DNA of 60,133 nt from a virus (Duplodnaviria; Caudoviricetes): positions 1 through 60,133 of the IMG/VR virus record IMGVR_UViG_3300042453_003688; one strand, 5' to 3'. The first letter of the stretch is position 1, and each line of letters starts with the position of its first letter. Below, piece after piece: positions 10,497 to 20,133 of the stretch. The position numbers were made by a program, and so were the translations under genes. Under the pieces are notes generated by a model, which had not been told where the DNA came from, did not search any database, and saw only the letters and a program-made list of their open reading frames with translations.

Positions 10497-10594
10497 TTTT
10501 TCACACTTACTACCCATCCCGATAGGTTTCAGGACGGTAGTGGGAATCTCGCCTATCCTCTCGCCCTCATGGGGACGGCACAAAGGAGAATATT

Positions 10595-11755
10595 ATGAGT
10601 GCAACAAACGTCAAGACCGCTAACCCGGTTGTAGACAACCCTGTAGCATCGGCACTGGACGCCCTCAAGGGCGGTAAGGATGTTGAAGCTGCAGTGTACG
10701 GTTCTTCCTCTGCTCCCAAAGTAGAGGCTGGCGCACCTTCCTCAGCAGATGCGGACGAGTCTACGTTTAATGTAGATTCTTTTATGTCTGGCGAAGAGGC
10801 CCAGGTTCAGCAGGATAGCTCCATTGAAGGAGGAGTTTCCGAAGAGTCCACACTTGATGAAAAGGTCCCCAACTCTGCTTCTAAACCGGCGGCAGATATT
10901 GAGGAAATTCTTATCACGGACGACAGTGGAAAGAAGAAACTCAAGGTCGATTGGTCTGACCGGGAAAGACTGAAGAAGTATGTTCAACAAGCTGCAGGAA
11001 TGCGCAAATTTCAGGCTGAAAGAGACCAACTCACCACTAAGCTCAAGACTATAGAGCCTGAGTATCAGGACCTTAAGAAGAGCTGGGGTGCCATTGAAGA
11101 AGCCTTCTCGAAAGGCGGAATCAAAGGATTGGTTAACTTGCTTGCCAATGACCCACAGGGTTATGATAAGCATCTTCAAAATGAAGTAGGACGCATCAAG
11201 GCACGCGAAGCCGCTACGCCGGATGAACTTGCTCGCATGGACCTCGAAGAGAAACTGACTCTGGAGCGTAGAGAGCGCGAACTTCTGCAAAAGAAAGTAG
11301 AAGCTGACCTCAAGCGTTCTCAAGAAGAAAGAGAAGTTGCCTCCCTGAAGTCTCTCGAAGCACAGGTACATCCAGCATTCGACAAGTACCGTTTCGCAGG
11401 TAAACTGGGTGACGATGTTGTTGAGGCACGGCTTGACCAGGCTGTTTGGGACCAAGCTCTCAAAAGGCTGGAACAGTATCCGGACGACGTTGAGTTATCT
11501 TCCTCCCTTATTGATAAAGAATTCCGTGACGTAGCTAACAGCTTCCGGAAAATCATCAATAAGCAAGCTGAGGTAAAGGCTAACAAGGTCGTGACCAGCA
11601 AGAAAATTGCTGCTCAGGAGAACGCTGCTACAGCTGCTATGAACAGCATGATGGCCAACACTGCTCAGTCCGCTGAGAAGTTTAAGCAAGATATTCGCAA
11701 AGGTGACCTTACCAGTGCCCTTCGCGACATGATGACTGGTAAATTTAAGTTTTAA
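10595..11755 (+). CDS. Capsid scaffolding protein
   Basis: Acidic disordered N-terminus plus coiled coils, between portal and capsid; RBS AAGGAG. Confidence 0.75.
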   Translation: MSATNVKTANPVVDNPVASALDALKGGKDVEAAVYGSSSAPKVEAGAPSSADADESTFNVDSFMSGEEAQVQQDSSIEGGVSEESTLDEKVPNSASKPAADIEEILITDDSGKKKLKVDWSDRERLKKYVQQAAGMRKFQAERDQLTTKLKTIEPEYQDLKKSWGAIEEAFSKGGIKGLVNLLANDPQGYDKHLQNEVGRIKAREAATPDELARMDLEEKLTLERRERELLQKKVEADLKRSQEEREVASLKSLEAQVHPAFDKYRFAGKLGDDVVEARLDQAVWDQALKRLEQYPDDVELSSSLIDKEFRDVANSFRKIINKQAEVKANKVVTSKKIAAQENAATAAMNSMMANTAQSAEKFKQDIRKGDLTSALRDMMTGKFKF

Positions 11756-11784
11756 TTTTAAGTAAATGCAGGTAAAATACCCTT

Positions 11785-12408
11785 ATGGTAAAATACTGCA
11801 AATACTGCAAAGTTGAACATCAGTTGACTGAATCATTCTGGTATAGGCTAAATTCTTCACCAAGGTGTAAAGTTCAAGTAAAACAAAAAGTTATACTAAG
11901 ACAATCATCGTTAAAGCAGCAAGAATACAGAAAATACCAGAAAGAATATAGGTCAAGGAGGAAGGACGAAAGACTAGAGCAAAATAAAGTTTGGCGAGAA
12001 ATTAATCGAGAATATCATAGGGCTAGTTCCCGTAAGTGGTATCAAGATAATAAAGCTAAACGGAACAAGCAGGTCAGTCTCCGCCTCAAAAAAGATGTAA
12101 TGTTTAGATTAAGGAAAAATATAACCAACAGATTAAGAGTTGCTCTTCAGGGAAAAATGAAACCTGAAACAATGAAACAGTCATTAGGTTGTACTTTACT
12201 TGAATTAAAACAACATCTTGAACAACAGTTTACTCAAGAAATGACTTGGGAAAACTATGGCAAGGTGTGGCAAATCGACCATATACTACCTCTAGCCAAT
12301 TACTTGTTAACTGACAGAGGTACTTATAGAAGGTTGTCTCACTATACAAATCTTCAACCGTTATTAAAGTTAGATAATCAAATTAAAAGTAACAAGGAAA
12401 TCAATTAG
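11785..12408 (+). CDS. Free-standing HNH homing endonuclease
   Basis: C-terminal WQIDHILPL...HYTNLQPL...N..KSNK motif; basic N-terminus with CxxC; AT-rich relative to flanks. Confidence 0.88.
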   Translation: MVKYCKYCKVEHQLTESFWYRLNSSPRCKVQVKQKVILRQSSLKQQEYRKYQKEYRSRRKDERLEQNKVWREINREYHRASSRKWYQDNKAKRNKQVSLRLKKDVMFRLRKNITNRLRVALQGKMKPETMKQSLGCTLLELKQHLEQQFTQEMTWENYGKVWQIDHILPLANYLLTDRGTYRRLSHYTNLQPLLKLDNQIKSNKEIN

Positions 12409-12410
12409 TT

Positions 12411-14023
12411 ATGGCATTTAGTAATATTGACAATTTACAGCTCGGTGAATAATTTGCCGCCCCATGTCACTCTCTGAGTACTTGGGTGCATAATCGGGCA
12501 AAAACGGTGAAGGCTGAAACGCTAATACCGTGGTAAGTCTGAGAAATCAAAATCTCAGACCACCGTAACGCATAGACAGTGACCCTACCTAGTAGAATAT
12601 AACCTGTCCAAGAGTGTCCGACCCGCGAGGGAAAATATATGCTGAACTATAGCGAAACACAAGCTATAGAAGTTAGGATAAAAAGCCTAACGATAACACA
12701 CTGAAATTTCTCCAAATTGCATTCTCTGAAGGCGTCCGTTCACAAATCTCCAGCGACTATCGTGACTGGGAATATGTAAAGCGTCACCGCGTTAGCGACC
12801 CAGATGGTCGTGAGCTGCGCTTCTTGTTCCAGAAGAGCTACGGCCCGGCTGCTATCCAGTACCGCAATCCAAGCGGCAGCACCGTGTTCCCGTCTGCTCA
12901 GCAAATCACCGTCTCGGAACACACCGCTGTGTTCAAGGAAATCAACGCAACCATCGAGCTCGAGTACAACTTGTGGGACCGCGCACGTCGCTCGCCTTCC
13001 AAGTATGCTGAGCCGCTGGCCCTGGAAATTCAGTCGAAGACGATTGCTTCCAAGCGTCGTTTAGCTGCTGACATGTATGGTGACGGCACGGGAGTCATTG
13101 CTGAAGTTGCTTCAGTTATCTCTCTCGCTTCCGGCGTTGCTACCCTCCAGCTCTCAACAAGCGCATCGTCCCCTGGACACATCGGTTTCTGTGAATTCGG
13201 TGACCTCTTGGTCGCTGCTGACAGTGCTGGTGCTGCAGTTCTTCCATCAGGCGCAGCTTCCTTCTACGCTTACCGCGTGAAAGAGCGTCGTCGTAAATTG
13301 GACCAAGTCGTCCTTGAAGTCGTTGACTCTGCTGGTAACGTGATTACCGGTGCATCGGCTACTAACCTCGTTTCCGGCAATTTGCTCTACCGCGTTGGTC
13401 AGCCAACCATCCCGAACCGTACCTCTATTTCGGACTACGGAACTGTTACTGAAGTTATGCCTGGCCTCCAGTCTCTGGCAGCCGCTGACGGTCGTACTGT
13501 TCACGGTATCGTTATGAGCGGTGCTAGTGCAGCTACCCAGATTGACGCAGCAGGTAACCCGCTGGACGTTAGCCAAGTTCAGGAAATGATGGACGCTGTG
13601 AAAATCAACGTCGGCCAGTCTGCTTACAGCTGGAAGATGCTTGCTATGGCTCCTGAAGCACACGCTGCCCTGATTGAATCACGTGAAACTGACCGCCGCT
13701 TCCAGTCTGTGGAAGACAATAAGCGCGGTATCCGCGTGTTCGCATACGTTCACGGCAACGACGTTCTCGAAACCTACACCTCTGAATATGTTCAGAAGAA
13801 GCAAATGTACGCTCTGCCGGAAGCCAAGTCAGGCCAGAAGGTTCTGGAAGCCTACATGACGGACTTCGAACCCGTTAAGATGGGTGGCATGGGTGAGTTC
13901 CACCTGAAGCCAGCTGCTAGCGGTGGACATGAGCGGAAAATTTCGAGCTACATGCAGTGTCTGACCACATTGATTTGTAAGCACCCGGCTGCTATCGGTC
14001 GTCTCTCGAACTTCTCTCTCTAA
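12411..14023 (+). CDS. Major capsid protein, spliced (exon 1 12411-12446, exon 2 12704-14023; 451 aa)
   Basis: RBS AAGGA then MAFSNIDNLQLG joins in frame to KFLQIAFSEG... upstream of ORF 12824-14023; follows scaffold; capsid-sized. Confidence 0.88.
12447..12703 (+). ncRNA. Group I self-splicing intron (IA-like, no ORF, 257 nt)
   Basis: P1 CGGU/GCCG with U.G at the 5' splice site; P10 AAUUU with exon AAAUU; P3 12494-12500/12615-12621; P4, P6, P8 and P9 stems; P7 GCAUA/UAUGC; terminal G at 12703. Confidence 0.92.
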
Positions 14024-14036
14024 GAGGTAATTAGAA

Positions 14037-14243
14037 ATGTCTAACCCAAGCAACAATGCTCAGAAAACTGTCAAGGTTACTAAGCAGTTGCCGAACAAGC
14101 GGGAGCGTGCTTCCGCCCAATTCGGTCAACTCAGTGACCTCGTGGCAGGCGACTGGGCAGCTCCGGCTCCCAAGAGCATAGCAGAGGCAATCAACAGGCT
14201 AGCAGCAGCTCTCGCAGCTGAGACTGGCTCACCGATTCCGTAA
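14037..14243 (+). CDS. Small capsid-associated protein
   Basis: 68 aa directly after capsid gene, RBS GAGG. Confidence 0.6.
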   Translation: MSNPSNNAQKTVKVTKQLPNKRERASAQFGQLSDLVAGDWAAPAPKSIAEAINRLAAALAAETGSPIP

Positions 14244-14255
14244 GTTACTCATTAC

Positions 14256-14290
14256 GGGGAGGGCTGGCTATCCAGCTCTCCCCCCTTCCG
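14256..14290 (+). terminator. Hairpin after capsid genes (putative terminator)
   Basis: GGGGAGGGCTGG-ctat-CCAGCTCTCCCC stem; weak U tail. Confidence 0.55.
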
Positions 14291-14302
14291 TAGAGACCCT
14301 GC

Positions 14303-16993
14303 ATGACCACTCTGACTAGAAATCTGAAACTGCGCCTCTCTGCAGACCTGTCTTCTGACGCCCGCTACAACCTGGAACGTATTGACCAGCTAGGGGCTAC
14401 CTTCAACATCAATACCCTGAATAGCACAGTAGTGCGTGCATCAGGCGACATTCAACTACGTCCACAAGATAATAGCGTGGGCGGTTCGGGCAGCGGTGGC
14501 ACCATTCAATTTGGTGACTCATCTCAACCCCTTAGTGCAGCAGTCATTAATGGCCCGCTGGCCCTTCTGTCCACTAACAATACCAATAAACTTACCCTCC
14601 GTTCTTCCAATACATCCGACCAGACCCTTACTATAAATACAGGGGCTGCTAACTTTCTTCTTAATCTTCCTATCACTGACGCTGAAGTGTCTGCCACTGC
14701 AGCCATTTCAGACACCAAGCTGGCTACCCTCATTACAGCTGGAAAGGTAGCCAACAGTGCTACCACAGCCACAGCCAGTAATACTCCCAGCGCCATCGTT
14801 GCCCGGGACGGCAGTGGTAACTTCTCTGCAGGAATTATCACGGCAAATCTTCTGGGAACAGCCACCGCATTCACGGGCAATCTGACAGGAGACATTACTA
14901 GCGCCGGAATGGTGACCTCTATCGCCCCCGGGGCCATAGTAGATGGAGACATTAATGTTGCAGCAGCGATTGCAGGAAGCAAAATATCGCCTGTATTCGG
15001 TAACCAGTTGGTATCTTCTGAACAGGGATACCGCATCGTTAATGGTGCGCACACTACGACTCTTCTACCAGCTAGTGTACAGAGCTCTAGTCTGAATCTG
15101 CGCCTACCAGCTGCCGACGGTACAGCAGGGGCTGTTCTCACTACTGACGGCAGCGGCAATCTATCCTTTGCCCTCATTGCAGGCAGCGGAACAGTTACAA
15201 GTGTCGGGCTTTCAATGCCCAGTCTGTTCACGGTTACTAACTCACCAGTGATTTCCTCTGGCACTCTGGCCGCTTCTCTTAATGTGCAGGCTGCTGGACA
15301 GGTGCTAGCTGGCCCCGCTTCCGGCCCCGCCGCGGAGCCATCCTTCCGCCAACTCTCCTCAGACGAACTGTCTGCTGGAAGTATCAATAAGTTCTACACA
15401 AGTACTCTCTTCAATAGCGACCTGGCTACGAAGACCACTTCCGACCTGGCCGAAGGGACTGCCCTCTATCACACTGACACCAGGGCACGGACTGCCGCAG
15501 TGGCAGACAGTATAACAAGTGGAATTACTAACATCGCCCCCTCACAGAATGCAGTATTCAATGCTCTCTCCTTGAAACTGGATACCTCACTCAAGGGAGC
15601 GATTAACGGCCTGGCTGAACTTGACGGTACAGGAAAGGTACCGCTGACTCAGATACCGAGCGGTGTTGGCGCTGTACAGTCTGTCAATACAAAGACAGGC
15701 AGTGTAGTTCTTAATACAGATGATATTCTAGAAGTACTGACCCCGACTAACAAGTGGTTCACGGACCTCAGGGCGAAAACGGCTGCTGTGTCCAACACCA
15801 TAACTAGCGGCATCGTAGACGTAGCCCCAAGCCAGGATGCAGTCTTCTTAGGACTTCAGGGCAAGGCTAACTCTGTTCACACACATACCGCGTCAAACAT
15901 CACCGACTTCACATCAGCCGCTAGAACGGCGACAGTGGAGGACCTGCTGGTAGACGGAATAACTAACATAGCTCCTTCCCAGAATGTGGTATTCGATGCC
16001 CTGGCTGGTAAGGCGGCCCTAGTGCACACGCACACTGCTTCAGCCATCACTGACTTCTCGTCAGCCGCAAAGTCGGCAGCAGTAAGTAACAGCATATCAG
16101 CAGGGGTGGTAGATGTTGCCCCGTCGCAGAATGCCGTATTCGATGCCCTAGCCCTCAAACTTAACACCTCCCTTAAGGGGGCAGTCAACGGTCTAGCTGA
16201 GCTGGGTTCCGACGGCAAGATTCCGTCTAGCCAGATTCCTGCCATAGCCATTACTGACACCTTTGTAGTTGCTTCTCAAGCAGCCATGCTTGCTCTAGTT
16301 GCTGAAAAGGGGGACGTAGCGGTAAGGACTGACCTTAATAAGTCTTTCATCCTTTCTGGAACTAACCCCGCCATACTAGCTAACTGGCAAGAATTGTTGA
16401 CCCCAACTGACGCTGTCCTTTCTGTTAACGGGCAGACTGGGACTGTTTCTCTTACTACGTCAAATATCGCTGAAGGCACTAACCTCTACCACACGGCTCT
16501 CCGTGCCCAGGATGCAGCTGGTAGCCTGGCCACCAGTACCGCCACTGCCCAGATGTCCTACGTAACTGGGACTAGCCTCTCGGTAAGTGTACTGCCCGCA
16601 GGTTTCATTAATAGTACCAGCGGCTTAGCCTCCGCATCTAATATCCTTAGAATTGACCCAACGCAGGCCACGGCAAAGACAGGGGTAGTCGGAGCTGACG
16701 CCCTCTTGATAGCTGACAGTGCAGACAGTAATACCTTGAAACGGGTAACGGTCTCTGATATTGTTAATCTCAGTGGCGCAGGCTACAGCACTACGTGGAC
16801 CTCAGGCACTTCAATTGCCGTAACCCACGGACTGGGCACAAGAAATGTTCTCGTCGAAGTATATGACAATACAACCTACGAGACAGTCCTTCTGGACACT
16901 GTGGTCAGAACCAACACTAACACCGTAACACTTACAGCCAGTCAGGCCCCCTCAGGAGCCGGACTCACCGTACTCATTAAAAGGGTAATCTAA
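14303..16993 (+). CDS. Tail fibre protein with internal repeats
   Basis: 896 aa; four APSQ(N/D)(A/V)VF repeats, two HTHTAS.ITDF motifs, two KGA.NGLAEL..GK.P motifs. Confidence 0.8.
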   Translation: MTTLTRNLKLRLSADLSSDARYNLERIDQLGATFNINTLNSTVVRASGDIQLRPQDNSVGGSGSGGTIQFGDSSQPLSAAVINGPLALLSTNNTNKLTLRSSNTSDQTLTINTGAANFLLNLPITDAEVSATAAISDTKLATLITAGKVANSATTATASNTPSAIVARDGSGNFSAGIITANLLGTATAFTGNLTGDITSAGMVTSIAPGAIVDGDINVAAAIAGSKISPVFGNQLVSSEQGYRIVNGAHTTTLLPASVQSSSLNLRLPAADGTAGAVLTTDGSGNLSFALIAGSGTVTSVGLSMPSLFTVTNSPVISSGTLAASLNVQAAGQVLAGPASGPAAEPSFRQLSSDELSAGSINKFYTSTLFNSDLATKTTSDLAEGTALYHTDTRARTAAVADSITSGITNIAPSQNAVFNALSLKLDTSLKGAINGLAELDGTGKVPLTQIPSGVGAVQSVNTKTGSVVLNTDDILEVLTPTNKWFTDLRAKTAAVSNTITSGIVDVAPSQDAVFLGLQGKANSVHTHTASNITDFTSAARTATVEDLLVDGITNIAPSQNVVFDALAGKAALVHTHTASAITDFSSAAKSAAVSNSISAGVVDVAPSQNAVFDALALKLNTSLKGAVNGLAELGSDGKIPSSQIPAIAITDTFVVASQAAMLALVAEKGDVAVRTDLNKSFILSGTNPAILANWQELLTPTDAVLSVNGQTGTVSLTTSNIAEGTNLYHTALRAQDAAGSLATSTATAQMSYVTGTSLSVSVLPAGFINSTSGLASASNILRIDPTQATAKTGVVGADALLIADSADSNTLKRVTVSDIVNLSGAGYSTTWTSGTSIAVTHGLGTRNVLVEVYDNTTYETVLLDTVVRTNTNTVTLTASQAPSGAGLTVLIKRVI

Positions 16994-16995
16994 TA

Positions 16996-18927
16996 ATGAA
17001 ACTTTTTGGCAGTATAACTGAACTCTTTAGAATAATCCTCCGTAAGGATACAAGGGCAATTACGGTAAGGCCTAGTCAGACTGTAACGTATACAGCTGAC
17101 CGGGATGTACAGCTGCCGCCCGAGAATGCCGACTCTGTTCTCGTATCAGAGTCTGCTTCCCAGACGCTTACTAATAAGACGATTGATAGTGACAACAATA
17201 CTATAACTAATATAGTCAATGCCGACATCAAAGCAAATGCTGGTATTGTATATTCTAAATTGAGTATTGCTGACGGGGACCTCACTATAGCTAAAACTAG
17301 CGGCCTGCAGGCGGCCTTGGATAGCAAGGTAGATGAGAATGCTCCTATCACCGGTGCCACGAAAACAAAGATTACTTACGACAGTAAGGGCCTAGTTACA
17401 GCCGGTGCTGACATCGCTAATACCGACATGCCGGAAGACATTGCAAGGAGCAAGCTGGCTCCTGGCAGTAATAACCACGTCATCATTAACGATGGTACAG
17501 GTGAGATTACTAGCGAAGCGCAGCTGGCTACTAGCCGGGGTGGAACTGGAGTAAACTCCACCGCTATTTTCCCAGCAAGCGGAACAGTAGTTACTAGAGA
17601 TGCCGCTGAGACTCTGCTTAATAAAGACGTCAGCAGTACTGCTGCCCTGACAGGAGCACTCCGGCTTCCGGTTGGGAATTCAACCACAGAAAGGCCTTCT
17701 GGTACAGCCGCACAGCTCAAAGGTATGGTGCGCTACAATGATACGGAAGATGTGTTTGAAGGCTACAACGAACTGAGTGGTTGGTCTTCGATTGGCGGCG
17801 GTGGAACAACCGACCGAGTAACCCAGGCTTCTCACGGATTTGTAATTGGTGATGTTCTTTATCTGAACGGTTCGACATACGCTAAAGCCAAAGCTGATGC
17901 GGCAAACACTGCTGAAGTAGTTGGTATGGTTAGCAGGGTCATTGATTCAAGTACATTTGAATTAACCCTTTCCGGGGAAGTATCTGGACTTTCTAGCCTT
18001 ACAGTAGGTGAAGTATATTTCTTGTCTGCTTTAACTGCCGGTGCAACTACTGTTACTGAACCTAGTGTTGTGGGGCAAGTTAGTTTACCGGTTGGTATAG
18101 CAAGTAGTGCAACGACAATGTATGTTGCTCCTAAGCGCGGTATTTTGATTGGTGCAACTAATGTTAGAACGCAAATCAGCCTTGCGAATAACACGACCAC
18201 CACCGTTCAAGACGTATCCGCTTATGAAGCTGGTGAACTTAGTGGTTGGGTTGCCATTGCAGCAACAACATCCTTAAAGTTCTATGTTAATGCTCAGTTT
18301 TCTAAAAACGGTGCTGGTAATAATTACAACATCAGTTACCAGACAAGCGGTGACGCTCCGCCAGCAGGGTTTCAACTTACAATTACAGCGGCAGGACTTA
18401 TTCAGTGCGTAATGCCGAACGTTACTGGATTTGCTTCGGCAAGTATCAACTACGGACTTGACGTAGCTGCCATTGGCGCAACGCTTCCGCTTAGCATTTC
18501 TGCAAGGAACGTCATCGGTGACACCACTGGTACGACTGTTCCAACAAGCTACATTGGTGAAACTTTAACAGCAAGTCCCGGAGCATCGGTAACATGGGGT
18601 ACTAGCGGAGCATATAAAACAGTGACTTCTGTTACGTTAACTCCCGGCGTTTGGTTATTGAAGGGAGTAGTTGGAATTGATGCTACAGGAGCAACCTGGA
18701 CATTCACTGATTTGAGCATTTCTACAACCACAAACGCGTTGGGCATTCAAGAATCGAGGCAAGGATATCCCTCGACAGCCGGAAGCGGGCAATATCAAAC
18801 AGGTAACGCCTACGTTAATATATCGGCCAACACGACATATTATCTAACAGCGCGGGTTGATTATTCTGTGAACTCTTCGGTTGGGTTTACGACAAACTCA
18901 ATTATTAGAGCAATCCGGATTGCCTAA
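16996..18927 (+). CDS. Tail fibre protein
   Basis: 643 aa; QTLTNKT, KITYDSKGLVT and GMVRYN fibre motifs; C-terminal tip domain ending IRAIRIA. Confidence 0.8.
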   Translation: MKLFGSITELFRIILRKDTRAITVRPSQTVTYTADRDVQLPPENADSVLVSESASQTLTNKTIDSDNNTITNIVNADIKANAGIVYSKLSIADGDLTIAKTSGLQAALDSKVDENAPITGATKTKITYDSKGLVTAGADIANTDMPEDIARSKLAPGSNNHVIINDGTGEITSEAQLATSRGGTGVNSTAIFPASGTVVTRDAAETLLNKDVSSTAALTGALRLPVGNSTTERPSGTAAQLKGMVRYNDTEDVFEGYNELSGWSSIGGGGTTDRVTQASHGFVIGDVLYLNGSTYAKAKADAANTAEVVGMVSRVIDSSTFELTLSGEVSGLSSLTVGEVYFLSALTAGATTVTEPSVVGQVSLPVGIASSATTMYVAPKRGILIGATNVRTQISLANNTTTTVQDVSAYEAGELSGWVAIAATTSLKFYVNAQFSKNGAGNNYNISYQTSGDAPPAGFQLTITAAGLIQCVMPNVTGFASASINYGLDVAAIGATLPLSISARNVIGDTTGTTVPTSYIGETLTASPGASVTWGTSGAYKTVTSVTLTPGVWLLKGVVGIDATGATWTFTDLSISTTTNALGIQESRQGYPSTAGSGQYQTGNAYVNISANTTYYLTARVDYSVNSSVGFTTNSIIRAIRIA

Positions 18928-18953
18928 CATGAACCGAACTATTGGGAACTAAT

Positions 18954-19181
18954 ATGCTAATTAAAATTTTACCAGGCGAATACTTGTGGAGCGAAAGTGG
19001 TCATCACATTATAGGTGACAACGGCTTTGCCAGAATAGCCACAGAAGAAAGTGAAGTCGAAGTTACTGATGAGGCTCAATTAGCAATCATCCAGGCTTAC
19101 CAGGAAGAAAAAAGACAACCTGCTTCTCAACCAGAAGCGGAAGAAGAACCTGTAATACAGGAGGAAAACACAAATGGCTAA
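18954..19181 (+). CDS. Small acidic protein, possible fibre chaperone
   Basis: ORF 18942-19181, ATG 18954. Confidence 0.5.
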   Translation: MLIKILPGEYLWSESGHHIIGDNGFARIATEESEVEVTDEAQLAIIQAYQEEKRQPASQPEAEEEPVIQEENTNG

Positions 19182-19695
19182 TAGTGCAATTGGAGCTACA
19201 GGCGCGATAGCGGCCCTCCCTGCTGGCGTTATGATTGATTATGCTGGGGGAACTGCTCCCTCCGGTTGGATTATGTGTGACGGTGCCGCCGTTAGTCGCA
19301 CTGTTTATGCGGGCCTATTTGCAGCCATCGGTACTGCCTACGGTGCAGGTGATGGCTCGACTACGTTTAACTTGCCTGACTTCCGTGGCAGGTTTGCTCG
19401 TTACATGGACAACATGGGTACGGTTGCTGGTGCAGCGAATAGAGATACAGAAAGGTCACTTGTAACTGCTCGCGGAACATCTCAGACAGCATTAATTGGT
19501 TCTCACAGTCACGTTACAACAACAGACCCGACTGGTTATTACGGATACGGTGGCGTTTCAACTTTTGGTGGTGCGCCTGGTGTTGATTGGGATATTTCTT
19601 TGCGCCATCAACACGCGACTACAACAGCTGCAAACTCTCAATCTGGAGATTCCCGTCCTATCAACTTGTCCTGTAACCGAATCATTAAGTATTGA
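19174..19695 (+). CDS. Phage tail collar domain protein
   Basis: PAG...YAG.TAPSGWIMCDGAAVSRTVYAGLFAAIGT.YG.GDGSTTFNLPD.RGRF signature. Confidence 0.92.
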   Translation: MANSAIGATGAIAALPAGVMIDYAGGTAPSGWIMCDGAAVSRTVYAGLFAAIGTAYGAGDGSTTFNLPDFRGRFARYMDNMGTVAGAANRDTERSLVTARGTSQTALIGSHSHVTTTDPTGYYGYGGVSTFGGAPGVDWDISLRHQHATTTAANSQSGDSRPINLSCNRIIKY

Positions 19696-19706
19696 GGTGA
19701 AATAAC

Positions 19707-20132
19707 ATGGTACAAAAAGCACTACTTCAAGCTTCAGGTGATGGGACGGCGGTTCCGGCTGGGGTCGTTGGTACAGAACTTGTTTTTAATGGGTCGGCCA
19801 CAGCGACAACAGCCGCCGCAACAGAAATTGGATTTTTAGGTTTACCAATCGGTGTTTGGTTGGTTAATGCCTCTGTTTTTTTGAATGATGCGGCTGGTTC
19901 AACTGGCGCAAACGTGTATATGCAAATTAAAGGGTCAGCATCATACACTGTAGCAGATACTCAACTTGGATATCTTGGCGCGAGCGGTCAATTAACAACT
20001 GTAACTTTCCCAATTAGAACCGTAACTGTGCAAACGGCAGGTGAAGCTACAGAAACAATAAAAATTAGAGTTCAGGCTATAGGAGCAAACAGGACCGCAT
20101 TGATTTCAATTCATGCTGTAAGAATCGCCTAA
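19707..20132 (+). CDS. Stand-alone fibre tip-like domain
   Basis: Paralogous to C-terminus of 16996-18927 (GD.T.VP...G, L..GVWL, A.RIA end). Confidence 0.65.
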   Translation: MVQKALLQASGDGTAVPAGVVGTELVFNGSATATTAAATEIGFLGLPIGVWLVNASVFLNDAAGSTGANVYMQIKGSASYTVADTQLGYLGASGQLTTVTFPIRTVTVQTAGEATETIKIRVQAIGANRTALISIHAVRIA

Positions 20133-20133
20133 C

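Noticed and set aside
12824-14023. Capsid start at TTG 12824 as in the ORF track
   Set aside because: No RBS; the frame is open back to the intron 3' end and joins exon 1
14303-20132. Diversity-generating retroelement acting on fibres
   Set aside because: No reverse transcriptase and no adenine-specific template/variable repeat pair seen
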